DNA of 63,497 bases, counting the filler, from Perkinsus olseni (taxonomy: Eukaryota), in the NCBI GenBank assembly GCA_013115125.1. It is 8 parts of 8 records of this genome, joined end to end, with 100 filler letters (N's around TTAATTAATTAA, not from the genome) between each part and the next. Parts side by side here need not be neighbours in the genome. Positions count along the whole stretch, not along the records: positions 16,019 to 23,902 come from JABANN010001002.1; positions 24,003 to 31,881 come from JABANN010001003.1; positions 31,982 to 39,828 come from JABANN010001004.1; 5 more parts are not named here. One strand, given 5' to 3'. The translations under genes and the position numbers were made by a program. The notes under the pieces were generated by a model. It was not told the origin of the DNA and searched no databases. It worked only from the letters and a program-made list of their open reading frames with translations. Below are positions 22,245 to 34,774 of this stretch, piece by piece (the stretch's first letter is position 1; each line of letters begins with the position of its first letter).

Positions 22245-24202
22245 GATGAGAATCTACACAGCGGAGGAACACATGCTTGACGCGAAGCACGCCTGTGTGT
22301 GAAATACGGCTCCGGCCGAGCCGTCCTGACTGTTTAACTGCTTACTCAATAGATGATGAACGGCGTTTGGCACGATGAGTATGGAGAGGGTGGTGCGAGT
22401 GCACAGTAGACACTGTTGTGAATAACAACTGGAGAGAACAAAAGGTTGCAAAACGCACGAAGATCTCATAGATGTGACAGAGGCGATCATTGCGAATAGC
22501 GCTTCTGTCTGTCGTGGGTCCCGCACAGCCGAACACAACTCTTAGAAGATCGTGGAAGAACATATATCAAGTGTGATGTCGTAGTGAGTCACGTGAGTAC
22601 TGCACTCGCTTAATTTAGCCATGGTGGCCCTTAGTATGATAACTGTCGACTCGAAGAAAAGGCGTGTGACGAATAGTGCAGGGAGTTCTTGACGTGCGCG
22701 ACAAGAGGGAGATGCAAATGTTCAATGAGTAGATGTTGCAACCGATGAGAGGCCCCAACTTGATTGACTACGTTTAACCCAAGTGATGCAGGAAGAGAGG
22801 AAGCATCTCATGAGCACGTAATCCACGGACGAGCATGACAAGCGTGATAACACATCATTTGACTTGTAAATACTAACGATGTTGACTGAGAGCGAAAGTC
22901 GGGTACACCACTACCATTGATTACTAAAAGGTGGTATATAAGCTGATAATTGGGATATAGTAAAGGACGGGCGAACACAAGAGGACGGTTGGGTGAAGAT
23001 AAGGACGGCTACGAGAAAGCAGAAACTGCTGTTTGCTCAGAGAAGACCTGCTTTAACGACATGGTGATAAGACGCTACGGTGGGAGTGATGTAGTACATC
23101 AGATGTAGTTGAATGCCTTTCGCGTCGTATACTTGCAGTAGAATTGCAGATATTTGTCGAGACGTAGCCCACGGTAAGAAATAATAGGACGGCCGAACAT
23201 GAATAACGATTATCCTCCTATGGTCTGGTATGCATTAGGCTCATGAGGAGAAATACGGAGGTGAATAACCCGATGATTTTGATGATAACGCCTTAGAGTA
23301 GCAATGATAATACAGAGTGCGTGATACATCTTTTACAAAGAGAGTATGTTAAGGAATAGCAATGCAGTAGAACTTTTGGTAGCACGTAAGGTAAAGACAG
23401 CGTGACATTGGAAGCGGCGCATGACGAAGTGTTAATGAGATCATGATGGTTGAACGCGACCATTCGACCTCCACTGAATCAGACTTAAGTAACGAGAGAC
23501 ATACACGATACACGCGACATGTACTTATCACGAAGCATTGAGTAGCCTGTTACACATTCCGACGACCCCCTCCTGTACTACGTAACTCTCTCGCGAATTT
23601 CTCCGTCGTCACTCTGTCGGCGGTTAGCATCGCGTGCATTGGTGAAAGTTTCCTGGGCCGCGTCCTCCCTCCGTTGTAGACTCTGCGACGGTTCGGAGTA
23701 AAGTTTGTGAAGATGGCCATGACGGAATGAAGGGCGAAAACTGACGGTGGGAAGGTCGTAGGAAACTACCACGAGTTACACCCTTTGTGAACCGCAAATA
23801 ATCCATCCCTGTTGTGTAAGGGTACAGAAGATAATTGAACACTCATAGATAAACGAGGGAAGATGCAACATGCGACCATGAGGCTGGTTGCAGAAAGCGT
23901 TANNNNNNNNNNNNNNNNNNNNNNNNNNNNNNNNNNNNNNNNNNNNTTAATTAATTAANNNNNNNNNNNNNNNNNNNNNNNNNNNNNNNNNNNNNNNNNN
24001 NNCAAACACGCAATATGGCATGAATTAGACTGATTTTAGTGATTTGCATATCGAATTGGAACACCCTGTAGAAGCATGAAGCTCAAATGCACTGAGCTAT
24101 CGTCGGCGGTACTTCCGGGAAGTGAGTCAGCTTAGGATACGGTTTTCGTAATGCCTCCGTATGTCTGTCCCACCACGTAACCGAAGATATGGAGCGTATC
24201 AC

Positions 24203-24249
24203 TGAGCACTGCTCAGTGAGCAGCGACGCTGCTCACTGAGCAGTGCTCA
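24203..24249. repeat. Perfect 23-bp-arm palindrome with nested sub-palindromes
   Basis: TGAGCACTGCTCAGTGAGCAGCG-A-CGCTGCTCACTGAGCAGTGCTCA. Confidence 0.9.
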
Positions 24250-24670
24250 CGCTGCTGCAGCGTGTCAATAGTCGATTCTGTTTTTTTCACTTCCCTCGAC
24301 TTTGAGGCTCAGTCTCGCGCTTTGTCCAAGAAGGCTTTGCTTTTCTCGGATGATGCAGCCTGATACATCAGAGCTATCTGTGGAAGTATCGAAGAATCTG
24401 AGGGTGAGATTATTGGAGAATCAGTGACCGGTCAGAATCAGGTTTCCACTTGAGCGATAAGTCGTGAGCGTTTGAGGGCCGGTTACGGTCTTCATTAGGC
24501 ATGATCGTTGATCATTGATCGACGCGTTGCCTTTGCGTATCAAAGTGTGCTTCGTGTTTCGGAGTAAACGAAAACAATGGAGATGCACCTGTCAATCGCG
24601 TTAACTGCGAGATGATCTTCGCGTTTGTAACTTCTCCGTACTTCTGTCGGTGCAATGCACCGGGTGCATC

Positions 24671-25731
24671 TGCACTATCTCGTTGCAGTAGGTGTAGTTG
24701 TAGAACACAACATAAGTAGATTGGGCTCATAGTGAACGAGATAGAGCAGATAGAAAGGTGGAGTAGTTGAGAGAATGGAGTGATAATGCGAGGCTAGTAT
24801 GAGCACAGCTCCATTGTGTTATGTAGACAGTGCAGATTCCCCTCTTCTCTCGGGGTAATGCATGACGAAAGCAAATAAGAGAGTAAAACGAATATGCAGT
24901 AGCTCATGAGAGGTTGCGTACGAGAGCTTCCGGTTCAGAGGGAGGGGTCGATCTATGAGCGTTGCCGCCAGCTAACCTCGAGCCGGGCCGTTAGACCACA
25001 CTCCGCAGCTGAGTAGCGTATACTCTGACCGGAGTCATCGGACTCTCTCTCGCCGTCTCAACGAACAAGTCTTAACAGACACCGCAATTCGCCTCCAACA
25101 ATGTTAGTCATGACATCACGGCTTTGCTCATCAGCATTAGGCTCGGCTCTGGCAGACTCGAGGCATATCAAGTCGACGATACCAACGGATTCTGGACCTG
25201 TCACGAGATACGAGATAACGAGAGTTCATCGAATTTCGGATGGGCTGACACAACGATTAGTCTTGCAAGTGCTCTGAGAGATGCCCCAAACGAATGGCAA
25301 ACCTGACTGCTGTTGAAATACACTTTCATAGTAGCTGCTTGAACGCTAACTAACCGATAGTCGTATAACCATCGATAGTACTCCTGCACCGGCAATGCCG
25401 AGTGTCATAATACCACGTTACATAGACCACAGCATACAGCGCTCGAAGAGTGACCGTATTCATCCTCTGTGAAGACCTCCCAGTATTACGAAGAGACCAG
25501 AAAGTATTCTTGTATCCAACCAGCTATGAGTGACAACCAGCTTGGTTAGAACAAGGAGCTGCTACGTTGCACTATCTCGTTGCAGTAGGTGTAGTTGTAG
25601 AACACAACATAAGTAGATTGGGCTCATAGTGAACGAGATAGAGCAGATAGAAAGGTGGAGTAGTTGAGAGAATGGAGTGATAATGCGAGGCTAGTATGAG
25701 CACAGCTCCATTGTGTTATGTAGACAGTGCA
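24671..25731 (-). mobile_element. TRIM (non-coding miniature LTR retrotransposon)
   Basis: Identical 164-bp LTRs at 24671-24834 and 25568-25731 (TGCACT...AGTGCA). 4-bp TSD CATC, minus-strand PPT GAGAGAAGAGGGGAATC, 733-bp non-coding interior. Confidence 0.88.
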
Positions 25732-26438
25732 CATCTCTAATACATCAAGCCTGCCTCCGACGCAGTGCCTCGTGCTTCTCGGGTACACAGCTTGTAGCTG
25801 GTAAGTCAGAGTGAATTATAGTTTACCCAAAAGTTTGGTGCCAACGCGGTCCCTGTGACCCTTGACTTGTCAAGTCACTGGACTTGTCAATGACAAGTCT
25901 TGACAAGCACAATGTGCCCGGTTGCCTGGAGGAAGTCTCTGGAGGAAGTTTTCGGTGACTGGCCCCCGTGCAACGCAACATTGCCTTCTTCGACTAGATC
26001 TTTGTCCATATTGGAGCGATAGTAACGGAATAGACCAGGCGTTACTTATGTAACGTAACATAAGCGTCGCAACGTATAACCGGCTAAGCGATACACTCAG
26101 AGTACGAACCCGTAGTGAGGATCACCAATAAGGATTGGCTTGATCGCAGACTCTGGCAGAGTCACTCTGCGACGCAGAGATAACTTGTATTGTTGTGGGC
26201 ATTCGATCCTTCACTGTTTTTCAATAAGTTTGATGGTGGGTACAACTGATATTATCACGACTCCTTATATAATCAAATCAGAATATGACATGATCAACAG
26301 GATCCTTGACGATAACCGCAAAGAACAATCATCACAAGTTAAGTAAACCAGACTTGGATGAATTGCGATAGATCTCAGAAGGACAAAAAAATTCCGCCGA
26401 AACGCTGGAAATGCTCGAGTGAGATATCAGACTGAGAT

Positions 26439-26918
26439 CTCGAGGTGAGCCTCTAAACCGGTGGTAGCCTTGGAAAGGTGACCATCGNNNNNNNNNNNNN
26501 NNNNNNNNNNNNNNNNNNNNNNNNNNNNNNNNNNNNNNNNNNNNNNNNNNNNNNNNNNNNNNNNNNNNNNNNNNNNNNNNNNNNNCGGTTCAGAGGTGAA
26601 TTTGTATACAAGGTAGGCCTTTACTCAGACAACAGTGAGCATCGGCTATATAGTCAAGAAAATGATACACCTCTGCTGGGTGCAGGTACTTCCTACTAGA
26701 AAGAGGAGCAATAACACTCGACCTTCCACTCGAGGTGAGCCTCTAAACCGGTGGTAGTCTTGGAAAGGTGACGATCGGTTCAGAGGTGAATTTGTATACA
26801 AGGTAGGCCTTTACTCAGACAACAGTGAGCATCGGCTATATAGTCAAGGAAATGATACACCTCTGCTGGCTGCAGGTACTTCCTACTAGAAAGCGGAGCA
26901 ATAACACTCGACCTTCCA
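26439..26918. repeat. ~190-bp tandem repeat spanning an N gap
   Basis: Unit CTCGAGGTGAGCCTCTAAACC...CACTCGACCTTCCA starts at 26439 and 26729 with a few substitutions. N gap at 26488-26585. Confidence 0.75.
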
Positions 26919-26952
26919 TCGTGGGTAGCTACCGTAGCTTCAAGATACCCGT

Positions 26953-29350
26953 CTAGGGCGCTCTTACTTTCATACTCAACTGTAGATTAACGGGGATACG
27001 ATTGATGAAGGTCTTCTCTTCGACGTTATCGTAGCCGATGGTGAAATGAATATCGTCGAAGTGTTTGAGGAGAGTTGCCGCCATGACAATGCACTCCTTC
27101 ATAGCAAGGTGCTGGCCGGGGCATCTGCGTGGGCTCCCAGTGAATGCCCAGTGGTTGCGAGCCCTCTCACGGTCAATGTCCTTGGTGTCGGGGAGAAACC
27201 AGTTTTCAGGCCTGTGAAACGAGACACATCTGGAAGGTCTAGGTAGGTCTAGAGACGAATCACACACAATCGAGAACGGAAGCCTCACTTGAATTCACTT
27301 CCACCCTGCTCCTCGCTCTTCATAGCCTCGCCCGTCATCATGATGAGAACCGTACCGGGCTCAACGCTCTTCCCTTCGATTACACAGTGCTTAGCAGTTA
27401 CATACGGCAGCGGACCAGGCGTCGAGTTGTTCATCTACAGAGAACAGACTGAAGCCTCCTGAGCTCTATCGGCCACGAAATGGGCGACACGTTTAATTTC
27501 CGGATTTTTTACACGGCGTGAAAAGGAATGACGAAGGTTCCTGACAGTCGGCATTCGACTTGAAACTGAGAGGCATTCTCTTAGAGGTTTCATACGCAGT
27601 TTTGAGGCACTCACGCGGAGAGTCTCCAGAATGCAGGCTTCCACATAGCTTAGTTGGTCGAGATCCTCATTCTCACTGGGCGCTCTTCCGAGAGCGTCAA
27701 CCTCGGCCCTGGCTATCTTCTGGGCTTCCTGGTGTACTGACATCAGGTAGAGGAACCACTCAATAGTGGATGGCACCGAAGAGCCCCCACTCAAGGTGAA
27801 CCTGATCGGGACAGGAATAGGTTGGGGATAGTGGAGACTACTGGAACGCTCACGTGACAAGGTTCCAGACCAAGTCCCGCTTGCCCATGAAGATCAGCTT
27901 GTCAAGGATGTTGCACGCAGGCGTGGCGCCTTCTGCGAGCGCTTTCAGGCGCTCTTCTATGATCTGTTTCGAGAACTTCTCCACGTCTTCAACAGCCGCA
28001 TAAAACTGAGTGAACAACAGTCGTAGAGACGGTCGCTTCACCATCGAGTCAACGCGGTAATTCATCTGGTGAAATCTAGCGGTCAATATCACCACTAGAT
28101 TTCTAGTATTCCCCGACCACTTTCCCTCGGCATCGACTGAGAGGAGCACGTCATACATCCGCAGGCTACCTTCGCAACATTCTGGTTTAGCTTGAAAGGA
28201 TATCTATTTCTCATCAAGGGGGCGAGCTGCGTGTGCTTGAGCATGAAGTCGAAGCCTTCTAGAAAGTTCCGAAATGTCTTGTAAGAAACGTCGCGGTCGG
28301 TCACGTTGTGAGGGGCTGGCAGGAATGGGAGTGCGCGACGAGGGAAAGTTGGCGTGAACTGGCTACCTAAAGGACTGAGAAGATTGTAGTCTTTTCCGAA
28401 GTGTGTGGCCACGGTGAAGTCCAGTGCTGCGAGTTGGAGCCATCTATGCGGCTCCCAGTTATGAATCATGCCAGACGAGTCCGCCAGAGCTGAGGTAACC
28501 TTGACCTGATCTCACACAAACGTTCACGAGTGAGGGAACTCACCGGGGATACCGCCGACTCACCAGTCTGTTAGCCATCTGGCTCATGACGGGGACCATT
28601 CCACGAACATTAGGCTCGGTCATGATCGGGTCCACTGTCCTTCTGTTCATCTTCCAATCATCCCCATCAGTTAAGAACATCCCAGATTTGGGCAGTAGAT
28701 TGAGGGTGTTGAGCTGGCGGACTATTATGCTTTTGTTGGAGTCCTTGAGTATCTTCTTGATAGTATCGGGGTTCGCAGTGGCTATGAAGGTCGTCGTGAA
28801 GACCCTGAGACACCACGAAGCTCCTGTTCTCATCTAGGTTATCGGAAAGATGCAGACTAAGTAAACAAGTCGCAACATCATAGCGATGGTCGAAGCATAA
28901 GTCGCGCTGGGAATCCACACATGCCCAGCATGTCTAAAGCGTGCTAAGCATGCCATGTTGGCCGTAACAGTCAGCCGAACATAACATCGAATTGCTGAAG
29001 AAAGGCGATATGCTTCGGTGCTGGTCACCTAAAAGAAATGGTCTTGCCATATTGTTTAATCCAGGATCGCATGCGAGCCAGAGCCGTATTCGGGTCCAAC
29101 TCGAAGGCCACTCCAACCATTGGTGCTCCCTGAAAAGAAACTGTCTCAGGAAGACTGTCCCGCTATTTGCCCATCCCACCTGAGGGCCTGTGAAGGGTAG
29201 CGGTTTGGTGAGATGGCGAGCGATCTTCATGATCTTCCAGACAAGGAATCCGAGGATGCAAGCTCCGCCTCCCTGGATCACAGGATCTAGGTAGCGATGA
29301 AGGATCTCCACGATGCCTGGGGGTACTCGGTTGAAGAACGGGGTGAGCAT
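26953..29350 (-). CDS. Cytochrome P450, multi-exon
   Basis: N-terminal anchor, W..NRR, ETLR (ExxR), RPENW, heme motif FTGSPRRCPG. Confidence 0.9.
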
Positions 29351-29966
29351 GAACAGGGAGCGCTATTGAACTGAGTCTCAGTTCCTCAGTTACTGAGGAG
29401 GTGATCGGAGAGTGCATGGAGCCTGCGTACAGCGCGTGACAATGCCACGGTGGCATGCACTATGACCAAGTACAGTGTGGCAGCCACACTGTGGATGTCT
29501 GAGTCGGGGTTCAAAGAATCAGAAAACTGATCTCTTCTAGGATTTAGGGGCGAACGAACGTTCGATAGCATGACGAGGAACACATGCCATTGCTGGGACA
29601 ATTGGACGCACAAAGGGCAAATACGAATGTTAGAGTATCGATTACTTAAAATCGTTGAGGTTCGGCGCGCTAATGTACGGTATATGCGCACACATGAAGT
29701 TGGTTGATGCTCACGAGCTAGGGATTTTTTTGTAGTTGCCCCTATTCATATGTTGGCTCTTCCCAGCCTATCGTGTTCGTTAATCGCGGAGTGGTTCTGC
29801 TAGCGTTTGTGCTCCTGCGACTCCCCAACAACGCGCAAAGAGCCATCGCGCACAAAGAGCTAAGGAAGGCGGCAACGATGAGACTAATGGTAAGTAGCAG
29901 CGGTGGGTATGATTGCCGCTAGAGTGCAGGTTTCTATGTCTCAGAAAAATGGAATTGCCCAACATT

Positions 29967-30065
29967 AGAAAGAATAGCGCCAATGTGAGAAAGAATAGCG
30001 CCAATGTGAGAAAGAATAGCGCCTAGCAGAGAATGCTTAGCGCCGATGAGAGAAAAATGAGCGCC
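29967..30065. repeat. 21-bp minisatellite
   Basis: AGAAAGAATAGCGCC(AATGTG) three times plus degenerate copies. Confidence 0.8.
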
Positions 30066-30209
30066 CGTCCGGAGTACCTGCCGGGATTCTGTTCGCGCGC
30101 GTACGCACGAATCTCGCTCGCCCATTATTCACTGCATGAAACGGTTGCAGCCCATCGGCTGAAATGGATAGAAGAAGAAGCTCTAATTCCCATTATACTT
30201 TAATTCCCA

Positions 30210-31881
30210 TTACCAATATCTTCAAGCTGGACTTCAGAGATTTGTGCTGCCTTTCTAACAAGGCATTACGCCAAGGCGCTGCTACAGTAGCAGCGCTACT
30301 GCAGGGTCGTTGGTTTCGCAATAAATATTTGTTTCCTTCCGAAGGAAATTAGGAAAAATTCCAATGGAAGAAAAGTCGAGGAAAAAAATTCAAAAAGGTG
30401 GAAAAAAACTGCTTTTTCGGCTTTTTCAATGACTCTTTATCTGCTACTCGTCAATGCATGCTAGTGACCAAAAAGATGTCCGAATCTATCCAAGAGCATC
30501 ATGCCTGTGGCCATGGAGCTGACTAGACTGACTAGACTGCAGAGAAATGATGCGCTATGAATTGAACCTGGGACCTACCAGCTGACGATTATCTTGCAAG
30601 TTGCATGTAATACGGTAGATCGTACTACGGGTCGGGACTCACGACTAAGCGGGAGGATGATCCTCAGGAGTTCCGTCACACGCTTCTAACCTGACTGGTT
30701 GAGTCGGGTAGCTAAAGCTGTCTCATCTTTGTTGGGAGTCCAACGGACAATAGTCGGTCGCGGATAAATGGAAGCTCCTATTACGAGTCTCGTGAGTTCT
30801 AGGTCTAATCGCCCGAATGATAAGATATTTGCACACTCTCGCAAGTGACCTAGATTCGAAACCTTTCAGCCGATAGTAGTGAGGGCGATCTGCCTATCAG
30901 GCCCTCATCCAACGGCGGACCAAAGGTCCGCCACGCTCGGCGCGCTTTGAGAATAAATTTCCTATTTTTTCCCTTTATTTCCCATATTTTTCCTTTTTTT
31001 CCTATTTATTTCAATTCGAGAAATGAAGTCGGACTTTCTTTCCGTGGACCAACGACCCTGCGCTACTGGAATGTGCCAGCAACGAATGTCAAGTGACTGA
31101 CACCAGGCGACGAATGAGGCACAGCGGAACTGGGAAACGTTGTCAGCCGCTATTTCCTTGACCCGTCCAAAGACATCGATGACGTTACGCTCCAGCGCAT
31201 TGGAGATGGCTTCGGCAGTAGCTTGGACTAGGGGAATGGCGCCCAGGAAGTGCGAGCCAGCGCATATCCATGTCAGGATGTATCGGAACCGGTTGCCACC
31301 CAGGTGGCCGACCGGTAGAGGACCCACGATGTCAATGTAGATCAGCTCCATGACCTCCCTCCTCCTCTTAAGAGTGCCAGAAGGGGGGCGATGTAGACGG
31401 ACAGCACGGATGGAGAAGCACTTGCACCGACTGAGGACCTTAGACACCGCCGCTGCCAGACCGATGACGTAGAAGATGGACGATATGATAGAGATGCATT
31501 GAGCGATGCCACAGTGAGCGTAGGACTCATGAACCCTTCTCACCACATCACGGCTGTAGCACTTGGGGAGTCCCCAATGGGGACGATGTGTCGGTCATTG
31601 ACGTGTAGTAGACCGGCGTCGTTCAGCTGGTACTTGCCAAGGTTGACTTGGCGGAGGTGTTGGAGATGAGGTCCTCATCATGAGGACACTCGTTCTGGGC
31701 CTCGGCAAGCCATTGCAGGCTATCGAAGTCGTCATCATAGGTCTTGAACTTCTTCGACTGGGCCATGTCACGCCAAGCTCTGAACACGCAACGAAGGTCT
31801 TCTCCGGGAAGGTAGAGAGGGTCGAACTGAGGAGAGTCGCCAGCTTCAGCTGCTGCACAGATTGGTTGGGTGTAATCGGGG
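30210..31881 (-). pseudogene. LTR-retrotransposon integrase fragment interrupted by a hAT MITE
   Basis: VHESYAH, YIDIVGP, AADNVSQF, WHIPVA-[insertion]-APWRNALLERQHKSLK. Confidence 0.8.
30302..31060. mobile_element. Non-autonomous hAT transposon (MITE)
   Basis: 13-bp TIRs CAGGGTCGTTGGT / ACCAACGACCCTG and an 8-bp TSD CGCTACTG at 30294-30301 and 31061-31068. Confidence 0.92.
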
Positions 31882-32351
31882 NNNNNNNNNNNNNNNNNNN
31901 NNNNNNNNNNNNNNNNNNNNNNNNNTTAATTAATTAANNNNNNNNNNNNNNNNNNNNNNNNNNNNNNNNNNNNNNNNNNNNCGCAACTACTCTGTCATCA
32001 TTCATCAATGGCCAATAACGAGTTGCGCAACAACAGTCGGGATATCTCTACAATGTGCTGTTGTTGCCGCTGAGGCCCCCTGGTTGTCACACCTCGTTCA
32101 TCGATCATACTTTGTCATCATGGTGTCTGTTCGTGCGTGTAGTGTGGCTCGAGTTGCAAGTAATGAATTTACGGGTGGCAAGGTCCCACAAGAGTACCCT
32201 CGAGAACACGCAAGGATCGCCAAGTCCGCATAGTTGGGCATCCTAAACAACAACAGTGATAACCAGAGAGCGCTGCTGAGGCTGCTGAACTCATAATGTG
32301 TTGATTAGACGTTGAAAGCCTGTGAAACCCAATGGCAAAACCTGCAAACCA

Positions 32352-32780
32352 AAATTGCGGAGCGAGCGAAGCGAGCGGAGCATATAATACAGTTCACGGT
32401 CACTCGTGTGCGGCGTGCGTCCGTACGTCCGTCCGTCCGTCCGTGCGTGAGCACAAATTTCTCAACAACTCGACGGTGTTTGGCAGCCAGCAAGGCATCA
32501 ACAAGCGCGTCATACTATTCTGATCACACTAAAAATATAATGAGGTTCAAATTCTTCACTTCTCCACTTCCCAGGAAAGATAACTGAATACGCAACCGTG
32601 TATGACACATAGTCTAGTAGGTCAAGATAACAGCCCACCATCCTACTCGCCTAGGTTCGATCCTCATAAGAGGTCTTTTTCCGTCTTTTTCCTATTTTGT
32701 TGCGAGACTATCCGATCACACATACGGTTCGAGTAATTAACGCCAGCGAGCTCCGCCCCCTTCGCACCGAAGGCGTAGTC
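32352..32780 (+). mobile_element. Possible HINE/DINE-1-like non-autonomous Helentron
   Basis: GCGGAGCGAGCGAAGCGAGCGGAGC, then a (CGTC)n microsatellite at ~32418-32445, and downstream GCTCCGC plus hairpin CCTTCG-CAC-CGAAGG. Confidence 0.3.
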
Positions 32781-34340
32781 GCTAAGTGCGTGGGATCCTA
32801 GAGACCTGCCTCTCAAAAAAGCCTGAAGCTCGAACTGCTAAGCGATGACTTAAAACTGAGCAGAGGAATGAAAGTTGTTCGTTTGCAAAATCGATATTCC
32901 TAACGTATGGTAACCGCCTAGCGTCCAAGTTGGGCGGCCCAACCTAGCCGTATCGTCAGTTACCTGAACCACAGGACATTCCCTACGAGCTCCTCTTTCG
33001 ATAATCTTGGAAATCCACCGCTCCCTACGCTCAACCTCGGATACTGTTCTCCGACGGAGGTCACTGCTGTCTTCAATAACGAGACTCGCGGATCAAGCAT
33101 CGGATCTCCCGGAGGAGCTGAGGAAAGCAACGCTGAGTGGGAAAGCAAAGTTCCTTCGACACAGTACCAGAAAGCTAGGCTATCCGGATTACCCATCTTA
33201 ACCACGGTTCGGCGTTAGATATTCTGCTACACGAACGGAAATGGAGGGACGAGCGGTCAATATCGGCTCACTGGCAGAAAGCCACAAATAATAGTCTCGC
33301 CATTCGCTGTTGAATAGAAGTGTAAACGATGTCTACACTGACGTGTGACAGCAGCAGAGTGGTGGAGCATTAGTAACGAAGCTCGAGTACCCCCTAGGTA
33401 CTCCGGAAACTTGGTAACCACAGTAGAACTCACGCTCAGCATCATACAACACAGCAAGTCACACTGTCTAAACGAGCTTTCCATGACCAGCAAAATGGCC
33501 ATCCCATTCACCTGGAGGCCGCCGCTTTCCAATTCCACGGACACGACACCCCACCAAAAACTTTAGTTACTCCCAAGGCGCTGTGCCTCCATCAACCCCT
33601 ACTATCTGCCAGAGGAGCTTGACGCTACCTGGAGGAGTGTGAGCCGTCAGATTGGAAACTAGACCTGCGTTAAATAATACCAGGTCCAAGGATAGTGCCC
33701 GACTGACGGACCAATCTAATAATTACCCCGCAGAACGCGCACGAAATTGCCCGAGGAAACAGGTGTAAAAGCTGCGCCTTAGGACTGTACTACATAGCGC
33801 TTTACCACACAGGTACTACAACCCTTGCTAATCGTCAAAGCTCAAACCCATCCAAAGGTACCCCGCCCTTCCACATTCACAAGTATCGCCATGCGCTCAC
33901 ATTTGATAGTCATAATTGGTCGTCTTAGTTAAGTAATCTTGCCTTATTTAAAGGACTAGTATCGCTATTATTGTAGTTGGACTTCTTAACACGGTTCACT
34001 TCGTTCCAAGTGGCATTGAGTTGTCAGAAGGGACATCAAAACCATGTGACGATGCGCTCATCATAGTAATACCAGCCGACCTGAGGTAACTTGCCTCTAC
34101 ACAATTCCAGTACAACATCCCTGCTAATCCCGGAGGACGACCAAAATCATCTACACTTAACAGGAAGGATGCCCCTTCCAGCAAAGTGACAACTAACAAC
34201 CCAACCCCTCCGCCAGGAAACCGCGTTATCCGAACCACCGCTGTTGTTGTTATTCAAGATTGAATGTAATGGACTTGAGTCGTTAGCAAAATCGAACGAG
34301 AAAAATGTACAAAGTAAAATGATCGCCCTGAGCATCTTCA

Positions 34341-34691
<351 letters not shown>

Positions 34692-34774
34692 TCAATCCCA
34701 ACACAAGACAGTTTACTGAACACAGTAAGAAACAGACAAAACAAGGGGCCTATCCCGACTGCTCACTATGGCTG

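Noticed and set aside
26439-26918. 190-bp duplication as an LTR pair
   Set aside because: The copies are directly adjacent, lack TG...CA ends and a TSD, and span a gap. It could be a tandem repeat or a haplotype artefact.
26931-26944. ACCGTAGCTTCAAG as an SL relic
   Set aside because: It needs an 8-nt deletion and lies antisense at the 3' end of the P450, which is compatible with chance.
30914-30932. Hairpin GGCGGACC-AAA-GGTCCGCC as a Helitron end or terminator
   Set aside because: It lies inside the hAT MITE and has no CTRR end.
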